NCBI RefSeq assembly: GCF_964355755.1
Contig: NC_092675.1
Location: forward strand, 23,222,912 to 23,286,911
Direction of reading: 5' to 3'
DNA length: 64,000 bases
Source: Antedon mediterranea
Taxonomy: Eukaryota > Animalia > Echinodermata
How positions within the stretch are numbered: position 1 is the first letter of the stretch; each line of letters begins with the position of its first letter. The translations under genes and the position numbers were made by a program. Of the stretch, positions 51,273-64,000 are shown one piece after another. The notes under the pieces were generated by a model. That model saw only the letters and a list, made by a program, of their open reading frames with translations. It made no database searches and was not told the DNA's origin.

Positions 51273-52934
51273 GGTTAGGACTAGTTCATCTCGGATTATA
51301 TTTATGTTACACACAGTGCTTACTGGGCCTACTGATTGTTAAACAAAAATAATTGGAAACCTGTCATTGCATCCTGAAATGGACAAAATTATAGAAGTGG
51401 GTGCAGTAACTAAATAAATGTGAAGAAATACTAAACACCTGCTTTTCACCGTGTTATCATCGCTACACTATCCACACCGGGTCCCTCGGATCCACGCTAG
51501 ACAATCATAAATGTTTTAAGTACATTAGTTGGCTATACCTTCTTTACTCCATGGCTATACAAACTTTTGTAATGGTTTATACTGAGTAGGCCTATATTAT
51601 TTGTGTGTAAACGTTTTATAGCTTTCTAAATTATTGATCCTGCTCTGTCGTGCATATTCGATCAGCATTCGGCTCATGTGAAAAGAACGTATATCTCTCT
51701 CCCCCAGTCTTTGTGAAAATGTGCTTATATTTTTGGTTAATTTTGGTGAGAAAGTAAAATAAAATGACGTTAAAGAATGTAGTTAAGCGAAACTTGACCA
51801 GCTTCTCTCTGCTCGCCGCCAATCGACTATTAGGTTTAATTATTCGGATAGCGCATAGAATGCGAGCTACAGTACATATAGTCCTACATGCATATTAACT
51901 TATATATAAATATGAATTTTCAGAATTGAAGCCAGCTAATGGTTATGTTACTTGTGAAGGTAATCTCTGTAATCGGTAGGCTATAACCAACAAAAGGAAC
52001 ATGTCAACTGAGAAAATCGATTATAGGCCTCATTATATTGTACAGTAGTTGACCGGTTTTTCTACCAAATTGTAAAAATATTAAAACAGCAATAATTAAC
52101 AAAGTAATCAAAGCAAGGATATCGAAAAGTTAGTCTGAAAGCCGCCAGATTTTTTCAGAAAAATATTCAAGAACATGGAGTGACAAAAATTAGCTTCAGA
52201 GTTGCATTATTGCAAATAGAAATGTCCATGGAATGCCCCATACAAACATTCAAATTAGGTATATTTATTCTAGGGAATAGGCCTACGTTAGTTCGATAAC
52301 GGTGCGTTCACACAAGGATAAAAGACATTAGTAAACGGCCTATGATCTGATTCAGATTGTGTTCATTATAGTTTGGCTTTTAATCAAGGATTTGAAGATC
52401 TATTTTACTTTTTTCAGTTTATAAAGAGTCCAAAATGGTCCTTTTGTGTGAATTCAACTTAATTCAATTAAACTCTATAAGTAGCAATGAAAAACGAAAA
52501 TGCAGTGACGTTTTAAAACGTTGATAATAGATTTACCATTTTTACCGCGAACAATCCAATGAGTGTTAACAATGTAGTGACGCATTAAAAGGCTGACAAT
52601 TAGATTTACCTTAACCCGGAAATATTCAATAATTCTCAAATAAACTGGAAAGCCACAATAAAACTCTGTATAAATATAGTTTTGGTCTTTAAACTGTGTA
52701 ATACAAAATACAATTGTATATGCTTCAAAATTAACTAAATAAAAAGTATGCCATTTTTATTCATATCGAACTCTGATTCCTGCAATATGTTTTATTTTTT
52801 CTTTATATGTTCTCAAAAGAGTAGATTTTTAATATATAAAATAACACTAAACAAATCAAGCACATTTTTGTGCTTACAAACAGTATATTAAAGTCATTAA
52901 AACATTCAATACAACAGTAATTAACATAATCATT

Positions 52935-53388
52935 TCTCTCTCGTCGTTCTAGGCCTATACTCATATCTGAGTACTCGTGACCATTCTGAGGTGTCTCCAT
53001 TCTTGCCGATCTTGAGCTTCATTGTAGCACTTGATTATTGGTCGGTTTGTAGCACCACTTATACCATCAATCCATCTGAGTCTCTGTCTTCCTCTTTTTC
53101 GTTTCCCCTCAACTTTCCCAAACATAATAATTTTCTCCATACTATCTCCATCCCGTCTGGCAATATGTTCAAAGTATTGTAGTTTTTGTTTGATAATAGA
53201 TTCGATTAATGTGCCTTTCTTGCCTATTTCGTGCCTTACACTTTCATTAGTTCTTCTGGCAGTCCATGGAATACCTAGAAGCTTTCTCCAGCACCACATC
53301 TCAAAAGCTTCAATTCGTTTTTGATCTGCAGCATTAATTACCCATGTTTCACATGCGTACGTTGCAATTGGAAAAACTAGATCGTTAC
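52935..53388 (-). mobile_element. 5'-truncated RTE LINE
   Basis: EAFEMWCWRKLLGIPWTARRTNE...GKVEGKRKRGRQRLRWID; 12-bp TSD aacataatcatt (52923-34, 53389-400); absent from the duplicate at about 62800. Confidence 0.92.
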
Positions 53389-53490
53389 AACATAATCATT
53401 AACTATTACATAAATAGGCCTACGCATGCGTATAAGCTAACGCTTTCGATTCGCGCGAACAAATTCGCCTAGTAGAAAATCGGCTTAAAA

Positions 53491-53882
53491 GTCCCATTTA
53501 CACTAGGACAATAACGATCGACGATAATATATTTTTTTAGATAAAACAAAAGAAATTAGAAAGGTTTTCGTTCTAGAACTATTGGATAATCATTTATGCT
53601 GTCTTTGATATAAATAATATTTTTAAAATTCCAATAAAATGATGTCATGATACATAAAATCAATAACATCGTTGTATGTCACGATATCATTGCTCTTACT
53701 AATCATGAAGTCATTTGATTGGACGTGTGAAAATACGTGTGAAAATATTGTTTTCATCAAAGGAAGCAGAGATGGTTTTTCTATAGTTCTAGAATGAAAG
53801 GTTTTTATATTTCTTTTATTTTATGTATGAAAAATGCATTTTTGTCTATCGTCGATCGTTATCGTCCTAGTGTAAATGGGCC
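53491..53882. mobile_element. PIF-like MITE (also duplicated at about 62894-63273)
   Basis: Inverted termini cccatttacactaggac / gtcctagtgtaaatggg. Confidence 0.7.
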
Positions 53883-56284
53883 TTAAAGATAAGTAATAAT
53901 GAACAGAGACTTTACACTGAATTTCAGAACAATAGCGAAAATGATTAGTCTATTATGCGCATGGTGTGAAGTTACTCTGTATGATTATATTATATCTTTA
54001 TGGCGAACGAACTAAATTCAGAATTGTTCTGAACCGTCACTTAAGTCTATGATTTATTTAAAATTGATATTACTGACATTTCATTATGTACAGATATAAA
54101 AGCTCAAGGCATCAGGCACTGCAAAAGGGTAAAATATTATATAAAAAAGATTATAATATCTCTCATTGCAATTGCACAAAAAATATTTAAAACTAACATA
54201 TTATACATTGTCAATACATGAATACAAAACGGAATGTAAATTTAATAAGTAAATAAGGTCATTTAAAGGGACTGAGATTATCATGTATAATACACACTAT
54301 AAAAACCAACTAATATTTCAGTAATGAACACATTTGTTTGTTTTGTTTATAAGCATGAGATCTAAACCACAGGAAAATGTTTGGCAATATAAATATTCCT
54401 ATATTGATAATAAAAGGATTTAAACGATATATAAATCCAATGCTATATAAAACAAAATCAATGGTTACATAATAAGCTTTATATGCAAACTAAACATGTA
54501 TTCAAAACTGCCTATAGGCCTACATATATCATTTTTTTATACAATATAAAAACTCTGACCAAAACAATTAAAAAGTACAACTGTCATCCATTGTTTTATC
54601 AACTGATTTATATTTTCTCTGTTTGTTGGTAACTTGGAGGGGGATAATTGGCAGCAGGAGAGAGATAATTGCCAGCAGGAGGGGGATAATTGCCAGCAGA
54701 AGGGGGGTAATTTCCAGCTGGAGGCGGGAAATTTCCAGCAGGATAATAACCAGGAGGTGGTTGGTATGGGTAAGCTGGTTGTCCATACTGCATTTGTTGA
54801 GCAGGATAGCCTGGGAAGAAAATAAATAAATAAAAGTTACAAATTGTGTTCTTGTTGAAATAGGATTGCTATAATGATAATGTCAATCTAATAGATAATA
54901 AAACTTCAGTCAGTTTACTCCAGTAATTAGATTTTCAACTCCCATAATAACATAGCCACAAACAGTTACCAGGTACCCGTTTGAACACCTGAGGAAAGGA
55001 GGCAAAGTGTTTGCCTAAGAAGACAAGTAGGACCCGACAACCATTGGTCTCAAGAACAATCCAACGCCTAACAAACTTTAGAACAAAGAATAAGCAGGTA
55101 CAGTAGAAGTTGTCACAACTTAATTACAAAAGTTTGATTTCAACACACTGTACATACATTTTTTTCTAAATTGAGTGGGTATTTAAACTAGTTGGCATTA
55201 AATCCATTTAGTAATCAAAAAATAAATATATAATTAAAGGATATACCTGTCTGAATGACCTGAGTAGTGGTAGTTGGCATGACTTGGTTCGAAACAACAG
55301 TCTGATAAAATTAGAACACAAACATTATTTCAAGAATCATTATTTGCTGGTGATAGCACTATGACCTAATGTATAACATCAAGCCACTGATTAAAACAAA
55401 ATTGTTTGTACTAATTTTTAAATTAATGAAATGAAGAGTTCTATTTTAAGTACAGTAGATAAAAAATTAGGTGTATGAGAGTAAAAGATTGTTTATATAT
55501 TGTTTATATATTCATTATGTTCAATCTGTATGATGTGAATTCATGTAACAAAAATAAATTATACTGTTTCAGTTTCATTTATTTATCCATAAAGAAAAAA
55601 AAATATCGTAGGCCTATAGAATAAAATACATTAAAAGATGAAAAGGTTCTATCAATAAAAAGCTAAAGTTTGTACGTAGAAATGAATTTAACATTTAACT
55701 TGTAGGCCTACAGTATAATGGAATATTATTGATTATGTTAATTAATATTTTTGCACATGACCCTAACAAACATATGCGATAACCAGAGATGGTGTTTGTA
55801 CGTTACGATACAGATACAGATGTTGCATCAGCGATCTTAACAAATTGAAATTTACCACAATCTGAAATGTTGTTGATGAGTAGTGCAATTAAAATGTAAG
55901 TTAGTATACGGGAATGTTGTTGTGACATGTATACTTTGTAATGATATTGAGAGCATACCACAGTAGTGTTTGGTCTGGTACGACAACAGCTGGTTCCTCC
56001 ACACATGATAGCACTGGCATAAATAGACACAACAAATTCAACGACGGCAATGATGGTCAGTATGATGTTGACAACAAACTTTTCAGTATAATAAAACAAA
56101 AAATGACTACTAATAATAATATTGTTTTTAATTTCAACATTAGTGTTCATGTTTATTAAACATGGGTATCAAATATACTTACATCATCATCATAACAATA
56201 ACTGTCGTCGAAGGCTTCGGACAAACTCACAGAAAAGTGAGAGACACTGCAAATGGCTGACAAGATGGACATCACCATACAACC

Positions 56285-56445
56285 AATAATCTAACAACAT
56301 TAATAACAAAGGAGGAATTAAAGTGGAGCAGAGTGATAAAGAGAAGACACTTTGACATAGTGCGGACACAGTCTTCGTCTAGTCTCTGATAACCCAGCGC
56401 AAAGAACTTGTATCCAAAACCATTAGAAAAATCAAGACCAAGACG
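56285..56445 (+). mobile_element. 161-bp RTE-like fragment inserted in an MS4A exon
   Basis: 6-bp duplication acaacc at 56279-84 and 56446-51; translates to KWSRVIKRR, GHSLRL..NPAQR and KSRPRRQP. Confidence 0.7.
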
Positions 56446-56725
56446 ACAACCCAACACTACCTGGATAAAATAATTATAGAGAATGATACGGAAAAAAAAC
56501 CAACTACAGTAAGTCTACTATGCGTATTCTGGCCAAGATGTCGTGATGATGAAAATTTCTTAGAAATATGGCTTTACCAATTCACAGAGCTAAAACACAT
56601 CATTGTCATGTTCGTATATACTATTTTTAAACTTGAGTAACCTGTAAATTACACTGTGTCACATGACAGAGTCACTTTTCTCTAATATGGCTTTCCATGC
56701 ATTATACCACCATTAGTTTAATGCT

Positions 56726-59700
56726 TTTTGTCTTACGTGGGTTCATCCAACTTTTATTACTTCCATAAATACATAATATAATAATTTTACAGTACAGTTC
56801 TTTTGAGTTCATCTTTTTTATTGTTATCTTTGAACACTTAACTTTTTTTGTTTATTTACAGTTAAACATATTATGTTTAGAGTATTTACCTTTTTTTTTT
56901 TAATCCATAATTTATTTTCCAACTAAATACATAGTTTATTTTCCAACTAAATACATACTTTTATGTTCAACATACATTTCTACTAATGTTATTCCATTTA
57001 CATATATTTTATAGCATAAACATAATTTGATTTAAAAAAAATTATGTTTGTATCATCATACATATATTTTCTGCTTGAATTTTTAAAATTATGTTAACTC
57101 ATAAGATAATTTATCAACATGTTTTATTTTTTAAAACTTTCTGTATTATCTATACAGTATATAATCTTTGCTTGTATTCTTCTCCTATTACATTTTTTTT
57201 TCTAGTTATCCATTAATATACATATTTTGTATTCGTTAACATACATTTTTTTTTTTGGCATTTACATATATTTTCACTTACATTACATATTTTTTTTTTT
57301 TTAATATATTTTGAAAAATCATCATAAACATATTTTCTGCTTGTATTGTTTTCTCTTTTATGTTAACTCATAATATAATTTATCAACATTTCTTATTTTG
57401 TATTTGTTAACATATATACTAAAGTTTTGTTTTCTTCTCTTTTTATTTTGTTTTCTTCTTTAACACATGTTAATCTATTATATATATGTTCCTTATAATT
57501 TAACACATTTCTACTCGCATTTATTTCTTTAAATATATTTTCATAAACACTTTAACATTGTTTAATACTCCTTTATTTATTATACAATCCATTTTTTATG
57601 CATTTAGTTTACATAGCCTATATCCTTTAATAACTCTATAGGCCCTACTCATAAGATACAATTTACGTTGTATATTTATATTACAGATAAATAATATTGT
57701 ACCTAGCCACTAATTGATATCACAACTTTGGCTATGAATACATACTCCTAAACATATCCTCCACTGATTGTGAGGGCGTTTGTTGTATGAGAGAATGTAT
57801 CTGGTGGGTGAAAATCTGTGATAATACCATACATGGCTCTGTGGTCTAGTGGTATGATACTCGCCCTGTAAGCGAGAGGTTGCAGGTTCGAATCCCGCCA
57901 GAGACATGTTTTCATACAACTAAAAAAAAAATACGGAACTTTCGCCAATGAGCTATGCTCGACGCGATTATGAGATCATGTTCCGAATATGAGCACTGTT
58001 TCTATAATTTACAGTATGATTTATATATATAAATATATATACATACTGTATATGCATTATGCATCTTTTGTGTCATTCTCATAGCATACCTTATATTTTC
58101 AAACATTTCATAATTTTACATTTGACTGTTCATCTATTTAGACAATATTCTAGACGATTATGATCTAATTTTTCCCATTTCTTTCTAGACGCAAGATTAT
58201 CAATTGCGTATTCAATTTTTCTTAACATTTTTATTTCTTTAGTCAATAACAACCATGCATTTACAATTTTATTTTCTGTTCGAAAAAGAACACTTGCCTT
58301 GTAAATACAAAAAGTAAAAATTGATAACAACTCATTTACAATATTATTGGCAAAACAAGAATAATCAACAAATGCCTGATTTTCTTTGTTACAAGAGTTT
58401 AACATGTTGTTAAAATTATACCAAAAGGATGCATTTTTTCACAGTTAATTAGCATGTGCCTTTCATCTTCTATTTCTATTTTACATCTGTCACAAATATC
58501 TGAATCATAGATCTTCCATAACTTAAGTTTCTTTTTACAACATAAAATTCTATGCAACAATTTAAAAGTAAATTGTGCAATTTTACTTATGTGCTTCATA
58601 CAATATACTTTTCTATGCCATATTGTATTCCAATCTAACAATTCTAAATTAAGATCTCTTTCCCATTTCGTTTGAACATTTGGTTCACTGGATTTATTCA
58701 CCAAAAATTCTTTGTAAAAAGTTTTTACTGAAGCGTTTTTGCCATATAAATCATATTTTTCCACTTCTATTTCCTGAATATTATCTTTAACATTAAAAAG
58801 TTTGTTTTTCCAATGCCTGGGAATTGCTTGTTTTAAACAAAAATATTCAACAATCCAGTTTTCTGATGTCTTAAGTTTATCAACAATTTCTTGTGAAGAC
58901 TTAAAAGTGTTGTCATTAACAATATCACTAATTTGTGTAATTCCAGAATCAATCCAGTTTTGATTATATAAAGATTTATTGTTTAGCACAATATATTTGT
59001 TGCCCCACAAAATCGGTTTATTAATTTCATCTATACCTTGTGGTTCAGTGTAAAAACAATTATTATATTGTGTACAAATTGATATAATTTCTTTATAGAA
59101 AGTTGGAATATCAGCTAAAAACTTGTTTTTTTTATCTATTTGCGACATTTCGGATAAGTATCTAACAGGATGTAAAAAAATATAATGGAATACACTTCCA
59201 CTTTCCTGGATCAGGGCTAAGTAACCGTTTTATCCAGTTTAATATGAATGATTTTACAACTAAATTAAAATCAGTTTTATACCTCCGTGTTTAATTTCTT
59301 GAAACATAATATCTCTTTTTATTTTTTCTCTTTTTCCATTCCAAATGAACTTAAAAATAATACTTTTAACTTAATTTACAATAGTTGTGGGTACCTCTAT
59401 TATACTAGCATTATAGACTAGTTTGGAGAGTGCTAGTGTTTTTATCACCATTGCTTTTACCAAAAATACTTAAATTTATTTTTTCCCAGGTTTTTAACAC
59501 ATTTTTAAAATTTTCAATCTTTTCAACCCAGTTTTTTTTGTGGCATTTTGTTTTATCATAACCAACAAAAACACCTAAGAATTTGACAGGCTCATCAACC
59601 CATTGTATTGCAAAAGGTTTATGAACGTTGTTTTTTGAAGATCCTATCCACATACCGTTTGTTTTCATTTTGTTAAGTGACATTCATGCCACCTTACAAA

Positions 59701-61366
59701 ACAAGTCTACTGTAATTAAACAAGCTTCAATACTCATTTCATCCCTAACAAAAATTATAGTATCGTCTGCTAACTGAGCAATTTTTACTTCCTGTTCATC
59801 ATTATACCCTTTCGAAGGCAGTATAATACCTTTACAATGAATATTGTTTCTTATATTGATAGCCATTGGCTCTACAGTAATTAAAAAAAGTAATGCTGAA
59901 AGAGGGCATCCTTGTCTAATACCATTATTCATCTTAAAACTTTCTGATACCCATCCATTATTTGTAGTACGGTAACTGACTCAGTATTGAAATAAAAAGT
60001 CTTTACCCATTGTATTAGATCCTGACCAAAACCAAATCTTTTCAGTATTAAAAACATTCTATCTATTTTGTCAAACGCTTTAGCAAAATCTAAAAATATT
60101 ATAGCACCTTCTTTATTAAAATTATTGGTGTATTCTAGTACATCTTCAACAAGCCTTATATTTTCACCGGCAAACCTTCCTTTAATATAACCTTTTTGAT
60201 CAGTGTCTATTATGTCACCAATTACTAATTTTAATTTATTAGCAATAACATTTGCCATAATCTTGTAATCTATATTAAGAAGAGTTATTGGTCTCCAATT
60301 TTTTAAGTCTTCTCTTTTACCATTTTTGTACAGTAAGGATACTACTCCTCTCCTTTGAGAATTTGACAGTTGTCTATTATTAAATGAAAAATTAAAGGCA
60401 TCACAAACTAATGAGTCAATGGAATTCCAACATTTTTGGTAAAATTCTACTGACAAGCCATCACTGCCTGGGGCCTTATTAAGTCTCATTTCTACTGACA
60501 AGCCATCACTGCCTGGGGCCTTATTAAGTCTCATTTTATATAAGGCATGTTTACATTCTTCTATTTCTATAGTCCCTTCACATTTCTTTTTTTGTTTTTC
60601 AGAAAGTACTTTGACTTTAGTTTTATTAAGATAATTTAGAATATCTGAAGTTAAAGTTTCAGGTGATTCATTTGAATTTTTCTTTTTGTATAAATTTTTA
60701 AAATAATGTACTTGTTCACGAAGAATTTCATCAGTATTGGTAGTGTATTTACCATTACTTTTTAGGACTGATGTGATATATTTTCTTTTAGCTTTACTTT
60801 TTTCTAGACCTATAAAAAAAATTGTATTTTTTTCACCCTTCTCAAACCATTCTATTCTTGATCTTATTTGAGCACCCTTTGCTTCTAATGTATATATGTC
60901 TTCTATGTCTTTTGCTTTATTAATTAAAATTCTCTCTGTTTTCTCATCATAATTAGTTTCTAGTTTGTTTGTCAGGTCTGAAATTTCTTTTAACAATTTT
61001 TCTTTATCCCTATTTCTCAAATGCTTTGTTTTTGCTCTGTAGGCCTATCTGCTTGAGAACTCTTTTATTTTTACTTTCAAGTGCTCCCAAAGTAATTCTG
61101 GACTTAAATCATAATGATTTTTTTTTTGACATTGTTATTATCTTAGTAATTTGATTAACGTATTCTTCATCATTTAATAAGCTTAAGTTTCCATATTCCA
61201 TGACCCTTTTTTTCTTGATTTGTCTGAATTTTAAGTGATATTGCTAGATGGTCAGAACAAATAGCAGGTCTGATATCAGTGCTAACTATTTCACCATTTT
61301 TGCACATGGAGTTTGAAATGCACCAAAAATCTAGCCTTCTATAAACATTTTTTCGTCTCCATGTAT
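56726..61366 (-). mobile_element. 5'-truncated L1/Tx1-clade LINE (ORF2: end of APE, RT, zinc-binding domain) with a 1.4-kb 3' UTR
   Basis: Motifs TWRR, RLDFW, SDHLAI, KAPGSDGL, NWRPITLLNIDYKI, LDFAKAFD, GIRQGCPLS, LADD and CDRC..E..HMLINC. 14-bp TSD attagtttaatgct (56712-25, 61367-80). Minus-strand AATAAA near 56755. Confidence 0.92.
57835..57906 (+). tRNA. tRNA-like sequence (TGT anticodon, Pro-like body), probably a pseudo-tRNA, inside the LINE 3' UTR
   Basis: 72-nt cloverleaf GGCTCTG..TGGTCTAGTGG..CTCGC-CCTGTAA-GCGAG..GGTTCGAATCC..CAGAGAC; one mismatch each in the acceptor and T stems; C at position 33; TTTT follows. Confidence 0.6.
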
Positions 61367-62110
61367 ATTAGTTTAATGCTAATAAAATTTGAATACATAC
61401 TATATCATAAAGAATGATACATCATTTTGAAACAAAAGATGGTTATTTTATACAAAACAAATAAAAAAAACTTTTTAGCCTACAGTACTAGTGAAAATAA
61501 TGAAACAGACTAAAATACTGTGAATAGGCCTAATTCCAATTAAAAACTAAAAATAAAGTACAAATACTTACTGGACATGACTGCTTTTGATGACCAGCAA
61601 TTACACCAAGAATTCCAGCAGGTAAGTAAAACTTTAAAAAAATTAAAAAATTGGAGCATGGTGGATTGAGAAAAAGACAGATATGCATGGAAGATTATAA
61701 TTTGTCACTCATAATTTCTTGTACAGTATGTGCAGTGTTATGTATATTTGCATTTCAAATTGGGGGAATTTAATATAATAGGTTAATATAATACATTCCA
61801 GTAATCATTATCATTAAAAATAAATTTCAGATTTTATTTACCCCTGTTCCACACCAGATGGCTGTGCCACTTGAGGTGTTACATGTTACAATGGCAACAA
61901 CTCCGAGAATGATTGACAGTACGGCAAAAATAATTTGTATCCATCCATTGACTTTAGCACTGACATCATTCAGGTTGGCGGATGTTATTGGACCAGATTG
62001 GTGATGGTACTGCACTGTTTGCGCTGCAGGCATGACAACTGTATGAGGTTGCGGATTTTGAACAATAGTAGCTAAAGAAATTTCCAATGCCCTATACAAA
62101 AATTAAAATG

Positions 62111-64000
62111 AGGTATTTATTCTAGGGAATAGGCCTACGGTAGTTGCAAAATGATCTTGAAACTTCGACAACGGTGCGTTTACATAATGATAAAATACAC
62201 TAGTAAACGGCCTATGATCTGATTGTGTTCATTATAGTTTGGCTTTTAATCAAGGATTTGAAGATCTATTTTGCTGCGGTTTTTTTCAGTTTATAAAGAC
62301 TAGTCCAAAATGGTCCTTTTGTGTGAATTCAACTTAATTCAATTAAACTTTATAAGTAGCAATGAAAAACGAAAATGCATTGTTGATAATAGATTTACCA
62401 TTTTACCGCGAACAATTCAATGAGTGTTATAACAATGTAGTGACGCATTAAAAGGCTGACAATTAGATTTACCTTAACCCGGAAACATTTAATAATTCTC
62501 AAATAAACTGGAAAGCCACAATAAAACTCTATATAAATATAGTTTTGGTCTTTAACCTGTGTAATACAAAATACAATTATATATGCCTCAAAATTAACTA
62601 AATAAAAAGTATATGCCATTTTTATTCATATCGAACCAGATTCCAATTAATCATATTATTATTGTTTTATTTTTTCTTTATATGTTCTCAAAAGAGTAGA
62701 TTTTTACTATATAAAATAACACTAAACAAATCAAGAACATTTTTGTGCTTACAAACAGTATATTAAAGTCATTAAAACATTCAATACAACAGTAATTAAC
62801 ATAATCATTAATTATTACATAAATACGTATGTGTATAAGCTGACGCTTTCGATTCGCGCGAACAAATTCGCCTAGTGGAAAATCGGCTTAAAAGTCCCAT
62901 TTACACTAGGACAATAACGATCGACGATAAATATATTTTTTGACATAAAACAAAAGAAATCAGAAAGGTTTTCGTTCTAGAACTATTGGATAATCATTTA
63001 TGCTGTCTTTGAAATAAATAATATTTTTAAAATTCCAATAAAATGACGTCATGATACATAAAAACAATAACATCGTTGTATGTCACGATATCATTGCTCT
63101 TACTAATCATGACGTCATTTGATTGGACGTGTGAAAATATTATTTTCATCAATGGAAGCAGAGATGGTTTTTCTATAGTTCTAGAATGAAGGTTTTTATA
63201 TTTCTTTTATTTTATGTATGAAAAATGCATATTTGTCTATCGTCGATCGTTATCGTCCTAGTGTAAATGGGTCATAAAGATAAGTAATAATGAACAGAGA
63301 CTTTACACTGAATTTGAGAACAACATAGCAAAAATGATTAGTCTATTATGAACATGGTGTGAAGTTACTCTGTATGATTATATTATATGTTTATGGCGAA
63401 CGAACTAAATTCAGAATTGTTCTGAACCGTCACTTAAGTCTATGATTTATTTAAAACTTATATTACTGACATTTCATTATGTACAGATATAAAAGCTCAA
63501 GGCATCAGGCACTCCAAAAGGTTTAAATATTATATAAAAAAGATTATAATATGTCTTATTGCAATTGCACAAAAAAATATTTAAAACTAACATTTTATGA
63601 ACATTGTCAATACATGAATACAAAATGGAATGTAAATTTAATAAATAAGGTCATTTAAAGGGACTGAGATTATCATGTATAATGCACACTATAAAAACCA
63701 ACTAATATTTCAGTATTGAACACATTTGTTTGTTTTGTTTATAAGCATGAGATCTAAACAACAGGAAAATGTTTGGCAATATAAATATTCCTATATTGAT
63801 AATAAAAGTATTTAAACGATATATAAATCCAATGCTAAATAAAACAAAATCAATGGTTACATAATAAGCTTTATATGCAAACTAAACATGTATTTAAAAC
63901 TGCCTAAGGCCTACATTATATCATATTTTTATACAATATAAAAACTCAGACCAAAACAATTTTTTTCAGTACAACTGTCATCCTTTGTTTTATCAACTGA
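62111..64000. repeat. Segmental tandem duplication, copy 2 (3' flank of the next MS4A paralog beyond the right edge)
   Basis: Matches 52257-54607; the window ends at the sequence that abuts the MS4A stop codon in copy 1. Confidence 0.95.

Larger units (their letters stand above)
52257..54607. repeat. Segmental tandem duplication, copy 1 (3' flank of the MS4A-like gene)
   Basis: Highly similar to 62111-64000 apart from the RTE insertion. Confidence 0.95.
54608..62091 (-). pseudogene. MS4A/CD20-like four-TM gene copy, probably non-functional
   Basis: Exons 61842-62091, 61572-61631, 56183-56460 (interrupted), 55959-56078, 55247-55301 and 54608-54810. GWIQIIFAVLSIILG..AIWCGTGFYLPAGILG is typical of MS4A. 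The tail has AGNYPPP repeats and PPxY motifs. Confidence 0.75.

Noticed and set aside
57835-57906. Functional tRNA-Thr(TGT) gene
   Set aside because: Stem mismatches, C33 and a Pro-like body argue against a canonical tRNA; kept only as tRNA-like.

Overview
AT-rich metazoan genomic window with spliceosomal introns, probably from a marine invertebrate (Deu-type SINE, Academ and Vingi elements). Host genes: 5' half of focal adhesion kinase (minus; FERM exons, continuing off the left edge), a PAQR/membrane progestin receptor (plus; single coding exon), an intron-containing Harbinger-derived protein with a broken DDE triad (minus), a class-V PLP enzyme of the Egt2/L-cysteine desulfhydrase type (plus), and a damaged, 5'-truncated tandem duplicate of an MS4A/CD20-like gene (minus). 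Transposons are dense: Gypsy, Vingi, L1/Tx1, RTE, Academ, hAT, Kolobok-like, piggyBac and PIF MITEs, plus a 157-bp satellite. The most striking observation is two separate LTR retroelements that carry a TatD-like nuclease ORF. One is a degraded Gypsy with TatD motifs (HFH, GEIGLD) downstream of integrase. The other is a complete non-autonomous LTR element whose only cargo is a TatD-fold protein with the metal-binding positions substituted. All calls come from manual reading and translation; no database searches were run.
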